From positions 1 to 43,835 of the forward strand of contig JAPOKZ010000004.1 of the NCBI GenBank assembly GCA_029977385.1: a stretch of DNA of 43,835 nucleotides, written 5' to 3'. The DNA is from Methanobacteriota archaeon. GTDB lineage: Archaea; Thermoplasmatota; Poseidoniia; Poseidoniales; Thalassarchaeaceae. Positions 20,037 through 27,880 of the stretch are shown one piece after another (the first letter of the stretch is position 1; each line of letters begins with the position of its first letter). Both the position numbers and the translations under genes were made by a program. The notes under the pieces are model-generated. The model was not told the DNA's origin. It made no database searches and worked only from the letters and a program-made list of their open reading frames with translations.

Positions 20037-20594
20037 ATGCGAAGGATGTGGGCGCTTCTACTGGTCTGTCTGGTATCTTTGCCGGTCAGCGCGTCGCAAG
20101 GAGGCGTCAATGAGTCGATTTCTCTCGAAGGTACCAGCATCAAGGCGTTGAATTACGACGATGTAATGGGAACCAGAATCGGCACTTCTGATGGCGAATT
20201 TAGTTTGAATCTGGTGATGGATGATGGGGCTAACGTCTCTGAAATAAGATGGATCACCCAAGTTTGCATCAACTCTGGGGTTTGCTACCCCCCTCAAGAG
20301 AGTCGGATGGAACTAGTTGGTGATGGATCATTCGAATCTCATATTGATACTGAGCCCGGTTACTCATACATCAACTGGAAATTCATATTCGAGATGGAGA
20401 ACGGTTCTGAGTCCCATGTACCAGATGTTGGCTTCGGTTGGAGAGTCTGGTCCGACTGCTGGTTCGACAATGGCACGTGGGGGGGATCCGAGACATACTG
20501 CCGAGAGGAGGGCGATAGTGCCCTTCCGGGTTTCACTATTTCGTTGCTCATTGCATCGACTACTATGGCAGCCTTGATGGCAAGACGGGAATGA
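20037..20594 (+). CDS. Small secreted protein with PGF-CTERM-like archaeosortase anchor
   Basis: Signal peptide MRRMWALLLVCLVSLPVSA. C-terminal LPGF followed by a hydrophobic helix and RR. Confidence 0.75.
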   Translation: MRRMWALLLVCLVSLPVSASQGGVNESISLEGTSIKALNYDDVMGTRIGTSDGEFSLNLVMDDGANVSEIRWITQVCINSGVCYPPQESRMELVGDGSFESHIDTEPGYSYINWKFIFEMENGSESHVPDVGFGWRVWSDCWFDNGTWGGSETYCREEGDSALPGFTISLLIASTTMAALMARRE

Positions 20595-21280
20595 GTGGGC
20601 TCATGAGTTACAGCGATGTTGAGCCGGGATTCATCCCGCTTGAATACTCGGAGGTGGAAGAGGCAGAGATGCTTCGAATTGCGAAATCTTACTATGACCA
20701 AATGAACTCAAGGAGGACCACGCGTCACTTCTCCAACAAGAAAGTACCTAGAGAGTTGGTAGAATTAGCAATCAGGACTGCCAGCACAGCTCCCTCAGGG
20801 GCGCATCTCCAACCCTGGACTTTCGTGGCGATTTCAAACAGCGAGCTGAAGTCAAGGATAAGAGAGGCGGCAGAAGAAGAAGAGAGAAGATTCTACCAAG
20901 ACAGAATTCCGGAAGAGTGGGAGGAGGTCCTATCGCCTCTGGGAACAGACCACGTGAAGAGGCACATCACAGACGCACCTTGGGTTGTTGTACTATTCAG
21001 ACAATCAAAGAGGAAAAGAGGAGAGGGTATGGCTCCCACATACTACTCTCAAGAGTCCTGTGGGATCGCTGCTGGGATGTTCATCTCAGCAGTTCACAAT
21101 ATGGGCTTAGCGACCCTCCCCCACACTCCTTCCCCAATGGGTTTCCTTAGGGAAATCCTAGGACGCCCAGAGCATGAGCACGCAATGCTGCTGCTTCCAG
21201 TTGGTTATCCAGCAGAGGATGCAAGGGTACCAAATCTGGAAAGGAAGAGGCTCGAAGAGGTGTCCGAGTTCTGGGATTGA
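20591..21280 (+). CDS. Nitroreductase-fold FMN protein, iodotyrosine deiodinase (IYD)-like
   Basis: RRTTRHFS, TAPSGAHLQPWTFV, lid IREAAEEEERRFY...LGTDHVK, HTPSPMGFLREILGRP, LLLPVGYPA...VPNLERK. Confidence 0.85.
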   Translation: MSGLMSYSDVEPGFIPLEYSEVEEAEMLRIAKSYYDQMNSRRTTRHFSNKKVPRELVELAIRTASTAPSGAHLQPWTFVAISNSELKSRIREAAEEEERRFYQDRIPEEWEEVLSPLGTDHVKRHITDAPWVVVLFRQSKRKRGEGMAPTYYSQESCGIAAGMFISAVHNMGLATLPHTPSPMGFLREILGRPEHEHAMLLLPVGYPAEDARVPNLERKRLEEVSEFWD

Positions 21281-21309
21281 TTAAGTATCTCAGATTTTCA
21301 GGATGTTCC

Positions 21310-22542
21310 ATGAAGAGCAACAGAAGGAATGCCTTAGCGATTCTGCTAGCCCTACTAATGACCGCCTCTGTCCTATCCGGTTGCTCCGGAACTGACGAGG
21401 AATTGGATGACGAGCCCAAGGAATTGGAAGACTGGAGCGTTTTCCTAGTCCAGAGTTCTTCGGATCTTCCAACTTGCGATATCGTAACCGACGGAAGGCT
21501 CTACTATGTATCTTCAGAGTCAGGATTCCATGCATGCTCGAACGGTGCATGGCAGTCCATCGAACTAACTGGGCCCCCTGGGCCTCAGGGACCAGCTGGG
21601 GCTGACGGAGCAGACGGATCGATAGGGCCAGCAGGACCTGCAGGTGCTGACGGAGCAGATGGATCGATAGGTCCGTCTGGGCCTCCTGGGGCTGACGGGG
21701 CTGACGGGGATGATGGTACCTCTTTCACAATTATTGGAACCGTGGAGGAAACCACCGACCTGGGAGAGATATACATCGGAGAATCAGGAGACGCGTTCCT
21801 AGTTAACTCGACCGTTCACATCCATGTCTGGAGTGGGTCCGAATGGATAGATCTGGGGAACATCTCGGGACCACAGGGCCCGTCTGGGGAATCTGGTCCA
21901 GAGGGACCTATCGGTACAGAGGGTCCTCCCGGTGCTGATGGACTCTATGCACTCATCGACAGCACTGCATTGTCGACAGGAAGCGCAAACTGCCCAATGG
22001 GCGGAAATGCTGTGAGAATAGGGATGGATGATAACGGTGACGGGAATCTTGATCCTCTCGAGGTAGACCAGACCTTGTACGTCTGCAATGGAGTAAACGG
22101 TGTAGACGGAAATGACGGGACCGATGGCGCAGATGGGACCGATGGCGCAGATGGGACCGATGGCGCAGATGGCGCAGATGGCGCAGATGGTTCAATGCCC
22201 GTGGTGATGGAGATGACGGTCACCGTTTCGAGCATGGATTTCTACATTGATTCTATTCAACAGGCGGATGTAACACTATACAGGGGGTTCACCTACACCT
22301 TTGACCAATCTGCTTCTAGTAACTCCGCACACCCATTCAGACTGTCTACCACTAGTGATGGGACTCATGGAGGAGGAACCCAGTACACTGACGGGGTGAC
22401 GTATACGGGGACTCAGGGGTCGAGCGGCCTAATGACCTTCACAGTTCCATTGGATGCACCTGACACTCTGTACTACTACTGCCAGAACCACGGAAGCATG
22501 GGCGGAGAAATAACAATTCAGTCCCTAGGAAGCGTTTCCTGA
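21310..22542 (+). CDS. Collagen-like surface lipoprotein with C-terminal cupredoxin-like domain
   Basis: RR plus hydrophobic stretch and lipobox LSGC, three G-X-Y runs, a CPMGG...DDNGDGNLD...VCNG module, and C-terminal HPF...YYYCQNHGSM. Confidence 0.85.
   Translation: MKSNRRNALAILLALLMTASVLSGCSGTDEELDDEPKELEDWSVFLVQSSSDLPTCDIVTDGRLYYVSSESGFHACSNGAWQSIELTGPPGPQGPAGADGADGSIGPAGPAGADGADGSIGPSGPPGADGADGDDGTSFTIIGTVEETTDLGEIYIGESGDAFLVNSTVHIHVWSGSEWIDLGNISGPQGPSGESGPEGPIGTEGPPGADGLYALIDSTALSTGSANCPMGGNAVRIGMDDNGDGNLDPLEVDQTLYVCNGVNGVDGNDGTDGADGTDGADGTDGADGADGADGSMPVVMEMTVTVSSMDFYIDSIQQADVTLYRGFTYTFDQSASSNSAHPFRLSTTSDGTHGGGTQYTDGVTYTGTQGSSGLMTFTVPLDAPDTLYYYCQNHGSMGGEITIQSLGSVS
21598..21687 (+). 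repeat. Two imperfect 45-bp tandem units in the collagen region
   Basis: Units start at 21598 and 21643, both encoding GADGADGSIGPxGPx. Confidence 0.85.
22117..22188 (+). repeat. Perfect coding tandem repeat (GGGACCGATGGCGCAGAT)x3 + (GGCGCAGAT)x2
   Basis: Read directly from the sequence; encodes GTDGAD x3 and GAD x2. Confidence 0.92.
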
Positions 22543-23490
22543 TTCGCTATTCTCTTCTGGTGGGAAGACGAAGACAAGTGCGATTCCAGACCCCACGACC
22601 AATGCACCCCCCAGCCAATCTGCGAGGGAAAGCGATTCACCGAATAGGAAGAAGCCGTAGAAAGTTGCAACGAGTACCGTAAGGTAGGAAAATGCACTAA
22701 CCCATGCAGCATTGGCCTTATGGTATGCCATGGTGATTCCTAATTGTCCCCCTCCGGCACCGATTCCGATACCAACTAGAGCTGCAATAGTGTTTGAGTC
22801 AATCTCGGAGATATTTGGTACGGACTGGACTATGCTTCCAGCAACAGAGAAGGCTGCGAACCAGAATATGACGGTAGCTGGAGAGTCGGTCTTTCTGAGT
22901 TCCCTGACGTACATGTATGCCAATGCCGCGAAGAATCCTGAACCTAGAGCAAGAAGAGCGTTAGGATCTACAGTTCCTACCTCTGGAGAGACAATTAGAA
23001 CAATTCCAGCGAAAGCGGTCAGTACCAGCGTTGTCACCGACGGGGAAACCCTCTCGGCCAATATCCTCCCAGAAAGTAGAGCAACGAATAGAGGACCAGT
23101 GTACTGGAGAGTTACAGCCTGACCAATTGGAATCCTTCCAAGTGCGGTGAAGTAGAGAATCATGGCAATTAGCCCTACTACGCACCTAAGCAACATGGTC
23201 CTGCGATCGTTTACCTTCAGACTAATTCCCTTAGAAGCGGCGAAGGCTGCAACTGCAAAGGCGATAACGGCTGATCTGACCATGATTATCATCCAAACAT
23301 CAGTGTGGTCGCTAGTCCATTTGACTAATGCATTCATGGTCCCAAAGCAGATGCTTCCAAAGATCATCCAGATGACCGCTGCCTTGGGGGAGTCGGGCAT
23401 CCTTTCCTCGGTTACGAAAGACGACAGGTCCGGACCTTCAGTTTTGTAGAAAATCTCATCTAGACCCCTACCAAGACCACTTTTAGACAT
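22525..23490 (-). CDS. EamA/DMT-family membrane transporter with N-terminal ParB-like LGRGL peptide
   Basis: About 10 hydrophobic helices with DMT motifs (LLRCVVG, ALGRIPIGQAVTLQYTGPLFVALL, LAERV, AYHKANAAWVSAFSY, FLFGE). In-frame N-terminus MSKSGLGRGLDEIF begins 3 nt after the parA stop. Confidence 0.9.
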   Translation of the reverse strand: MSKSGLGRGLDEIFYKTEGPDLSSFVTEERMPDSPKAAVIWMIFGSICFGTMNALVKWTSDHTDVWMIIMVRSAVIAFAVAAFAASKGISLKVNDRRTMLLRCVVGLIAMILYFTALGRIPIGQAVTLQYTGPLFVALLSGRILAERVSPSVTTLVLTAFAGIVLIVSPEVGTVDPNALLALGSGFFAALAYMYVRELRKTDSPATVIFWFAAFSVAGSIVQSVPNISEIDSNTIAALVGIGIGAGGGQLGITMAYHKANAAWVSAFSYLTVLVATFYGFFLFGESLSLADWLGGALVVGSGIALVFVFPPEENSESGNAS

Positions 23491-23493
23491 AAT

Positions 23494-24444
23494 TCAGAGA
23501 CTCCATCTGTGTTGAAGCTCTGTTGCAATATCCTGGTAATCTTTACCGCCAGGGCTAGAAGGATCGTGTAGATGGATAGGAATCCCGTGACTCGGTGCCT
23601 CGGCGAGTCTTACGTTCCTCCTGATCGCTGGCCTGACGACTAAGTCAGGGAAGTTTTCCAAGACCTCTCCTGCAACCTGCTTGTTCAGAAGTGTCTGGGA
23701 GTGCATCGTCAACAGTACTCCATCCACTCCTAATCTCTCGTTGAGTAGGCTCCTTACTTCTCTGATGGTCCCTGATAGCAAAGCTAGTCCCTCAAGAGCG
23801 AAGTATTCCGTCTGGACAGGGACTAGAATTCCATCAGAGGCCACTAGTGCGTTGATTGTTACCAGACCTAGTGAAGGAGGGGTGTCGATTAGAACCAGAT
23901 CGTAATGTGCTAGAAGTGGTTGAAGTGCCTCCTTCATTCTCTTCTCCCTTCCAAGCTGTCTCATCATCTCCTGCTCTAGTCCGATAAGGCTCCTGTCTCC
24001 GACTATGATGTGTAGGTTCTCTACGGCAGTTGCATGCCTGGAGTCTACTGCTGTCTCTGGACTAAGGATTAGGTCCCTTGTGGTATTCTTGACTTTGCTC
24101 TTATCCACTCCTAGACCTGTGGCACAGTTCCCCTGTGAATCTGAGTCAATAACCAGGACTCTGAACCCTCTAAGCGCAATCTGAGCTGCGACGTTGATTA
24201 CTGTGGTAGTTTTGCCCACCCCTCCCTTCTGATTAATCACGGTAACTACTCTGCCCCTCCCTGGGGGAGTGGGCAGGGAAGTTGGGAGTTCCATCGCGCT
24301 TTTAGTCCGCGAAAAACTGACTTCCTCGATTGAGTCAAGAGGTTCGGCTAGAGTTTCGTCCTCTTCTTCCATGAATTCGACATCGATAATTAGTGGAGCC
24401 TTGCCGACTTCTGGAAGACTTTGGTCACCATCCTTCGAAGCCAT
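23494..24444 (-). CDS. parA: ParA/Soj-family ATPase with acidic N-terminal extension
   Basis: INQKGGVGKTTT, IDSDSQGN, IDTPPSLGLVTINAL, VPVQTEYFALEGL, IRRNVRLAEAPSHGIP. Confidence 0.93.
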   Translation of the reverse strand: MASKDGDQSLPEVGKAPLIIDVEFMEEEDETLAEPLDSIEEVSFSRTKSAMELPTSLPTPPGRGRVVTVINQKGGVGKTTTVINVAAQIALRGFRVLVIDSDSQGNCATGLGVDKSKVKNTTRDLILSPETAVDSRHATAVENLHIIVGDRSLIGLEQEMMRQLGREKRMKEALQPLLAHYDLVLIDTPPSLGLVTINALVASDGILVPVQTEYFALEGLALLSGTIREVRSLLNERLGVDGVLLTMHSQTLLNKQVAGEVLENFPDLVVRPAIRRNVRLAEAPSHGIPIHLHDPSSPGGKDYQDIATELQHRWSL

Positions 24445-24513
24445 CTAGAGCAACGGCAGTCAATGATGTGTTGAATATGACGCTTGACAGAAGGTCAGTG
24501 ATGGTGATTTTTC

Positions 24514-26604
24514 TCACTCGCTAGGTCTGTCGATGAGCCACCAAATTACCATCTCTCCAGTCTCCGAGTCCATGGCCAAATCAACTGACATTTCTCGTCC
24601 GGCTTCTTCCCATTCCCTAACTGCGTTCATTGTTACCTTTCCATCTCCCAAGTCACCTGGAAGGAGGCTCAGGACCTCATTATCCTCTGTGACGGATAGC
24701 CTGTAACCAACCTCAGCTTGGAGGTTCCAAGATTCTCCGGACTGGATGTATGGAGACAGGGCAGGATACCTCTCGGGTTCCAGAATCCTTGATTCCAGTA
24801 AAGAGAGAGTCTGAGTACTAGGGATAGAGTCTCTATTCCAAGTCACCTCTCCCCTATCATTAGAGCCCGTTGAAATCATCTCACAGCCTTCAGATGATCT
24901 CCGAAGTACCAGCCAACCAGAGTCATCGTCATCGTCAACCCAAGACATGTTCCATTCCGGTTCAGAAGTAGGCCTCGACCAAGAGGCCCTCCAGATATAT
25001 CCTCCAGATTCTACAGCCAAGGTTGCCTGAGTATCCGGATATCTAGATTTGAGGCAAGCTACTGCCTCCTCCATATCGAACTGTCTAATTTCTGTTTCGT
25101 CCCACATGGAGTCAACCCAGTTCCTCTTTGTTGATGTGCCTGGCCTATCCTCACCATCTGCGGGACTCCCTGGATAGTTCCTTTCCCAATCGATTTCACT
25201 ACTTCCGATAGTAGAAGAAATTCTGGAGAATGTCATGCTAATACTGAGAGTTCCTTCGGGCAGGAGTTCATCCGATAGGGTGCTAACTAGGAAGTCGCAA
25301 TCGTTTGTCTGGAGTTCCTTGTCCAGCCTTATGTCAGCAACCTGCTTGACAGGCCAAGGACTCCCATCCTTCAGGTGCAGTAGAATTGTAGCATGCCCAT
25401 AGCACCTTCCAATTTCCTCATGATCAAGATAAACAGGATACACTAGACCATGAGTATCATCCCTGAACTCCTTCTTCACTTCCCATTTCCAATCGGAATT
25501 CCAGCCTAGATCTGGATCGGAAGAACTCGCTCCCTCCTTGATCACGGCCTCTCCAAAGAATTCGTGTAGCTCAATTGGGGTTAGTGGAAAGGAAAGGGTG
25601 GGTAAGAGAGCACCCAAACCTCCGATTCCCTCAGAGTCGTAGGTTACCGTCCTAGCATTCGTTGTTACCGAATCCACGTCGCTGAACGAGATTGAGGTAT
25701 CGGTCCTCTTCACCTCTGTCTTCTCCAGTTCCACCCAGCTGGTTGACTCCATACTCAGGTCATTTCCGGACATTACCCAACGAATATTCCCACAGTCTGT
25801 GTTCGCATCGTCCCTCCAAGTTCTTCCCTCGAAATCAACGTCTAGATCGAGTCTTATTCCCTTCTCTGCAGACAAGAAACCTGTTCTTCCTAGGCTATCT
25901 GTAGTTTCTACTGCTCCCGAATTAGGTCCTTCGGTTACTGATACCAAACCAGTACCACCCATATCCATCGACACCTCCCCACATGCCGGTTCAAGAATCC
26001 CACCACTAGAGTCCCTCACCACAGAGAGCATCTCCTCCCCGTCTATGCTTATTCTCGAGTCGATTACCTGGAAGTCCATCCTATCTCCATACCTCAACTT
26101 CGCTACCTCGAAACCCGAACTACGTTGTAGGAAAACGGTAGTTGCTGCCCCCACGAGGATGACCACAACTATGATCGCTGCTAGGGCCTTCCATTTGTCT
26201 CCCAATGAAGAAATAGAAGGCATAGAGATGACCAAAGAAGGCTGATCGTCCTCTGCCACTATTACCGATTCAGCATCCCCGGATATCTCAGATTCCGTTG
26301 TTAAGACCTCGGCCTCGACAACCTCGGCTTCCACGATGTTATCGATTTTAGATAGGACCTGATTCACCTTTACTCGTGTATCATCTGGTTCTTCATCCAT
26401 GACTAGAGCGTCCTCTTGCTCCCAATCGTCTTCTTCGGAAATTTCTACAGGCTCCTCAATCACCCCTGCATCCTCAAGTATTCTATCTACCAATTCCGAT
26501 TTCTTTCCCGAGACAAGTAGTCCCCGCTTCTTGCACATTTCCCTAAGCTTCGCAACCGTGTTCGAGGTAAGCGACTCTCTGTCAATTGAATCGTCTTCGG
26601 GCAT
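24514..26604 (-). CDS. SAP-domain single-pass membrane protein
   Basis: N-terminal SAP motif LTSNTVAKLREMCKKRGLLVSGKKSELVDRI, acidic linker, one TM helix (ALAAIIVVVILVGAATTVFL), then about 535 aa of acidic, Trp/Cys-containing sequence. Confidence 0.82.
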   Translation of the reverse strand: MPEDDSIDRESLTSNTVAKLREMCKKRGLLVSGKKSELVDRILEDAGVIEEPVEISEEDDWEQEDALVMDEEPDDTRVKVNQVLSKIDNIVEAEVVEAEVLTTESEISGDAESVIVAEDDQPSLVISMPSISSLGDKWKALAAIIVVVILVGAATTVFLQRSSGFEVAKLRYGDRMDFQVIDSRISIDGEEMLSVVRDSSGGILEPACGEVSMDMGGTGLVSVTEGPNSGAVETTDSLGRTGFLSAEKGIRLDLDVDFEGRTWRDDANTDCGNIRWVMSGNDLSMESTSWVELEKTEVKRTDTSISFSDVDSVTTNARTVTYDSEGIGGLGALLPTLSFPLTPIELHEFFGEAVIKEGASSSDPDLGWNSDWKWEVKKEFRDDTHGLVYPVYLDHEEIGRCYGHATILLHLKDGSPWPVKQVADIRLDKELQTNDCDFLVSTLSDELLPEGTLSISMTFSRISSTIGSSEIDWERNYPGSPADGEDRPGTSTKRNWVDSMWDETEIRQFDMEEAVACLKSRYPDTQATLAVESGGYIWRASWSRPTSEPEWNMSWVDDDDDSGWLVLRRSSEGCEMISTGSNDRGEVTWNRDSIPSTQTLSLLESRILEPERYPALSPYIQSGESWNLQAEVGYRLSVTEDNEVLSLLPGDLGDGKVTMNAVREWEEAGREMSVDLAMDSETGEMVIWWLIDRPSE

Positions 26605-26735
26605 GCTCTGTGACTCAGTCCCACCCTGAGGCTTTCAATCTCTCCGACTTCATGAGCCCTCCAACGCACACTCGGCATAGAGTAACGAATTCCCGAGGGA
26701 AAGGGTTGAAGACGGTCTTTTGGGCGGCGCAGAAC

Positions 26736-27686
26736 ATGGAGCCAAGGCTAGTACTACTCTCCAGAGGTCCAGAGCTGTACAGTACCAGAAGGCTGGCTAC
26801 AGAGGCAGAGAGAGCAGGATGGATGGTTGACATCATCGATCCTCTTGCGCTAACCATCGTCGTAGATGAGGACGGCGGAAGAGTGTTCCACAAGGGATGG
26901 CCCGTAGAGTGCGAGGCCATCTTGCCTAGAATCGGCTATTCCATCACCCGCAGAGGAGTTGCGATAGTCAGGCAGTTCGAACAAACCGGAGTGATAGTAC
27001 TCAACTCGAGTCAGGGAATTCTGAGAAGTAGGGACAAGCTGGTGGCTTGCCAGATGATGGCTGAGGCTCGCGTTCCGGTTCCTATTACGGCGCACGTTGG
27101 AGCATGGGAGGACACTGATCGCGCTGTTAGGAGGGTCGGAGGAGCTCCGTGTGTCGTCAAGTCAACAGAGGGGACCCATGGCTCAGGCGTTTTTCTGGTA
27201 AACTCTTCGCCGCAGGCCAGACAACTGGTGTTCCAGATGCTTGAGAGAGGAATGAGGCCTCTGGTACAGGAGTATGTCAAGGAGTCACACGGTAGTGACG
27301 TTAGAGCACTAGTTGTTGGCGGAGAGGTTGTTGCATCGATGCGACGCAAGGCACATGGGAGCGAGTTCCGCTCGAACTTCCACCTAGGGGGGTCAGTTAC
27401 AGGAGTAGATTTGACGGAAGAGCAGAGGAGAATTGCTACACTTTCTGCAGAGACTCTGGGGCTCGAGGTGGCAGGAGTAGATATGCTCGAGTCGGACAGA
27501 GGGCCATTGGTGCTGGAAGTAAACTCCAGCCCGGGACTAGAGGGGATCGAGAGTGCAACCAAGGTAAACGTAGCAGAGAAGGTGGCAAATCACCTTCACG
27601 GGCTCTATTCCAAGAGAATAGAGAGTTCAGGAGATTCTCAGTTCCCCATCGGTTCCAGCGGAAACGAGTCCGAGCACGCTCTGTGA
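26736..27686 (+). CDS. rimK: RimK-family ATP-grasp alpha-L-glutamate ligase
   Basis: LLSRGPELYSTRRL, ILPRIG, SRDKL, GTHGSGV, VQEYV, FRSNFHLGG, GVDMLES, LEVNSSPGLEGIE. Confidence 0.9.
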   Translation: MEPRLVLLSRGPELYSTRRLATEAERAGWMVDIIDPLALTIVVDEDGGRVFHKGWPVECEAILPRIGYSITRRGVAIVRQFEQTGVIVLNSSQGILRSRDKLVACQMMAEARVPVPITAHVGAWEDTDRAVRRVGGAPCVVKSTEGTHGSGVFLVNSSPQARQLVFQMLERGMRPLVQEYVKESHGSDVRALVVGGEVVASMRRKAHGSEFRSNFHLGGSVTGVDLTEEQRRIATLSAETLGLEVAGVDMLESDRGPLVLEVNSSPGLEGIESATKVNVAEKVANHLHGLYSKRIESSGDSQFPIGSSGNESEHAL

Positions 27687-27763
27687 GGCTCTCGGCGATT
27701 TTTCGCAACTACCCCAATACGTTCCGCCCTACGGTAGGATAGAGAAGCATTCAAGTCACAATA

Positions 27764-27822
27764 CGCCTCCATGCCGACGTCCTACGGGACAGGGATGCAC
27801 ATGCCGTTCGCGGCTGGAGGCG
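27764..27822 (+). ncRNA. Candidate structured RNA element (three-way junction, two UNCG loops)
   Basis: CGCCTCCA/TGGAGGCG closing stem enclosing GTCC-TACG-GGAC and GCCG-TTCG-CGGC hairpins. Confidence 0.4.
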
Positions 27823-27880
27823 AGAAGGGTTGAACAAAGAAGGGAGAAACAGAGAGACGGTATTCGCACCAAGAGGGAGA

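Noticed and set aside
21571-22188. Short repeats as a CRISPR array
   Set aside because: They are in-frame collagen codon repeats without unique spacers, and no cas genes are present.
27764-27822. Hammerhead ribozyme (GTCC-N4-GGAC resembles a common stem II)
   Set aside because: The CUGANGA and GAAA core motifs are absent on both strands.
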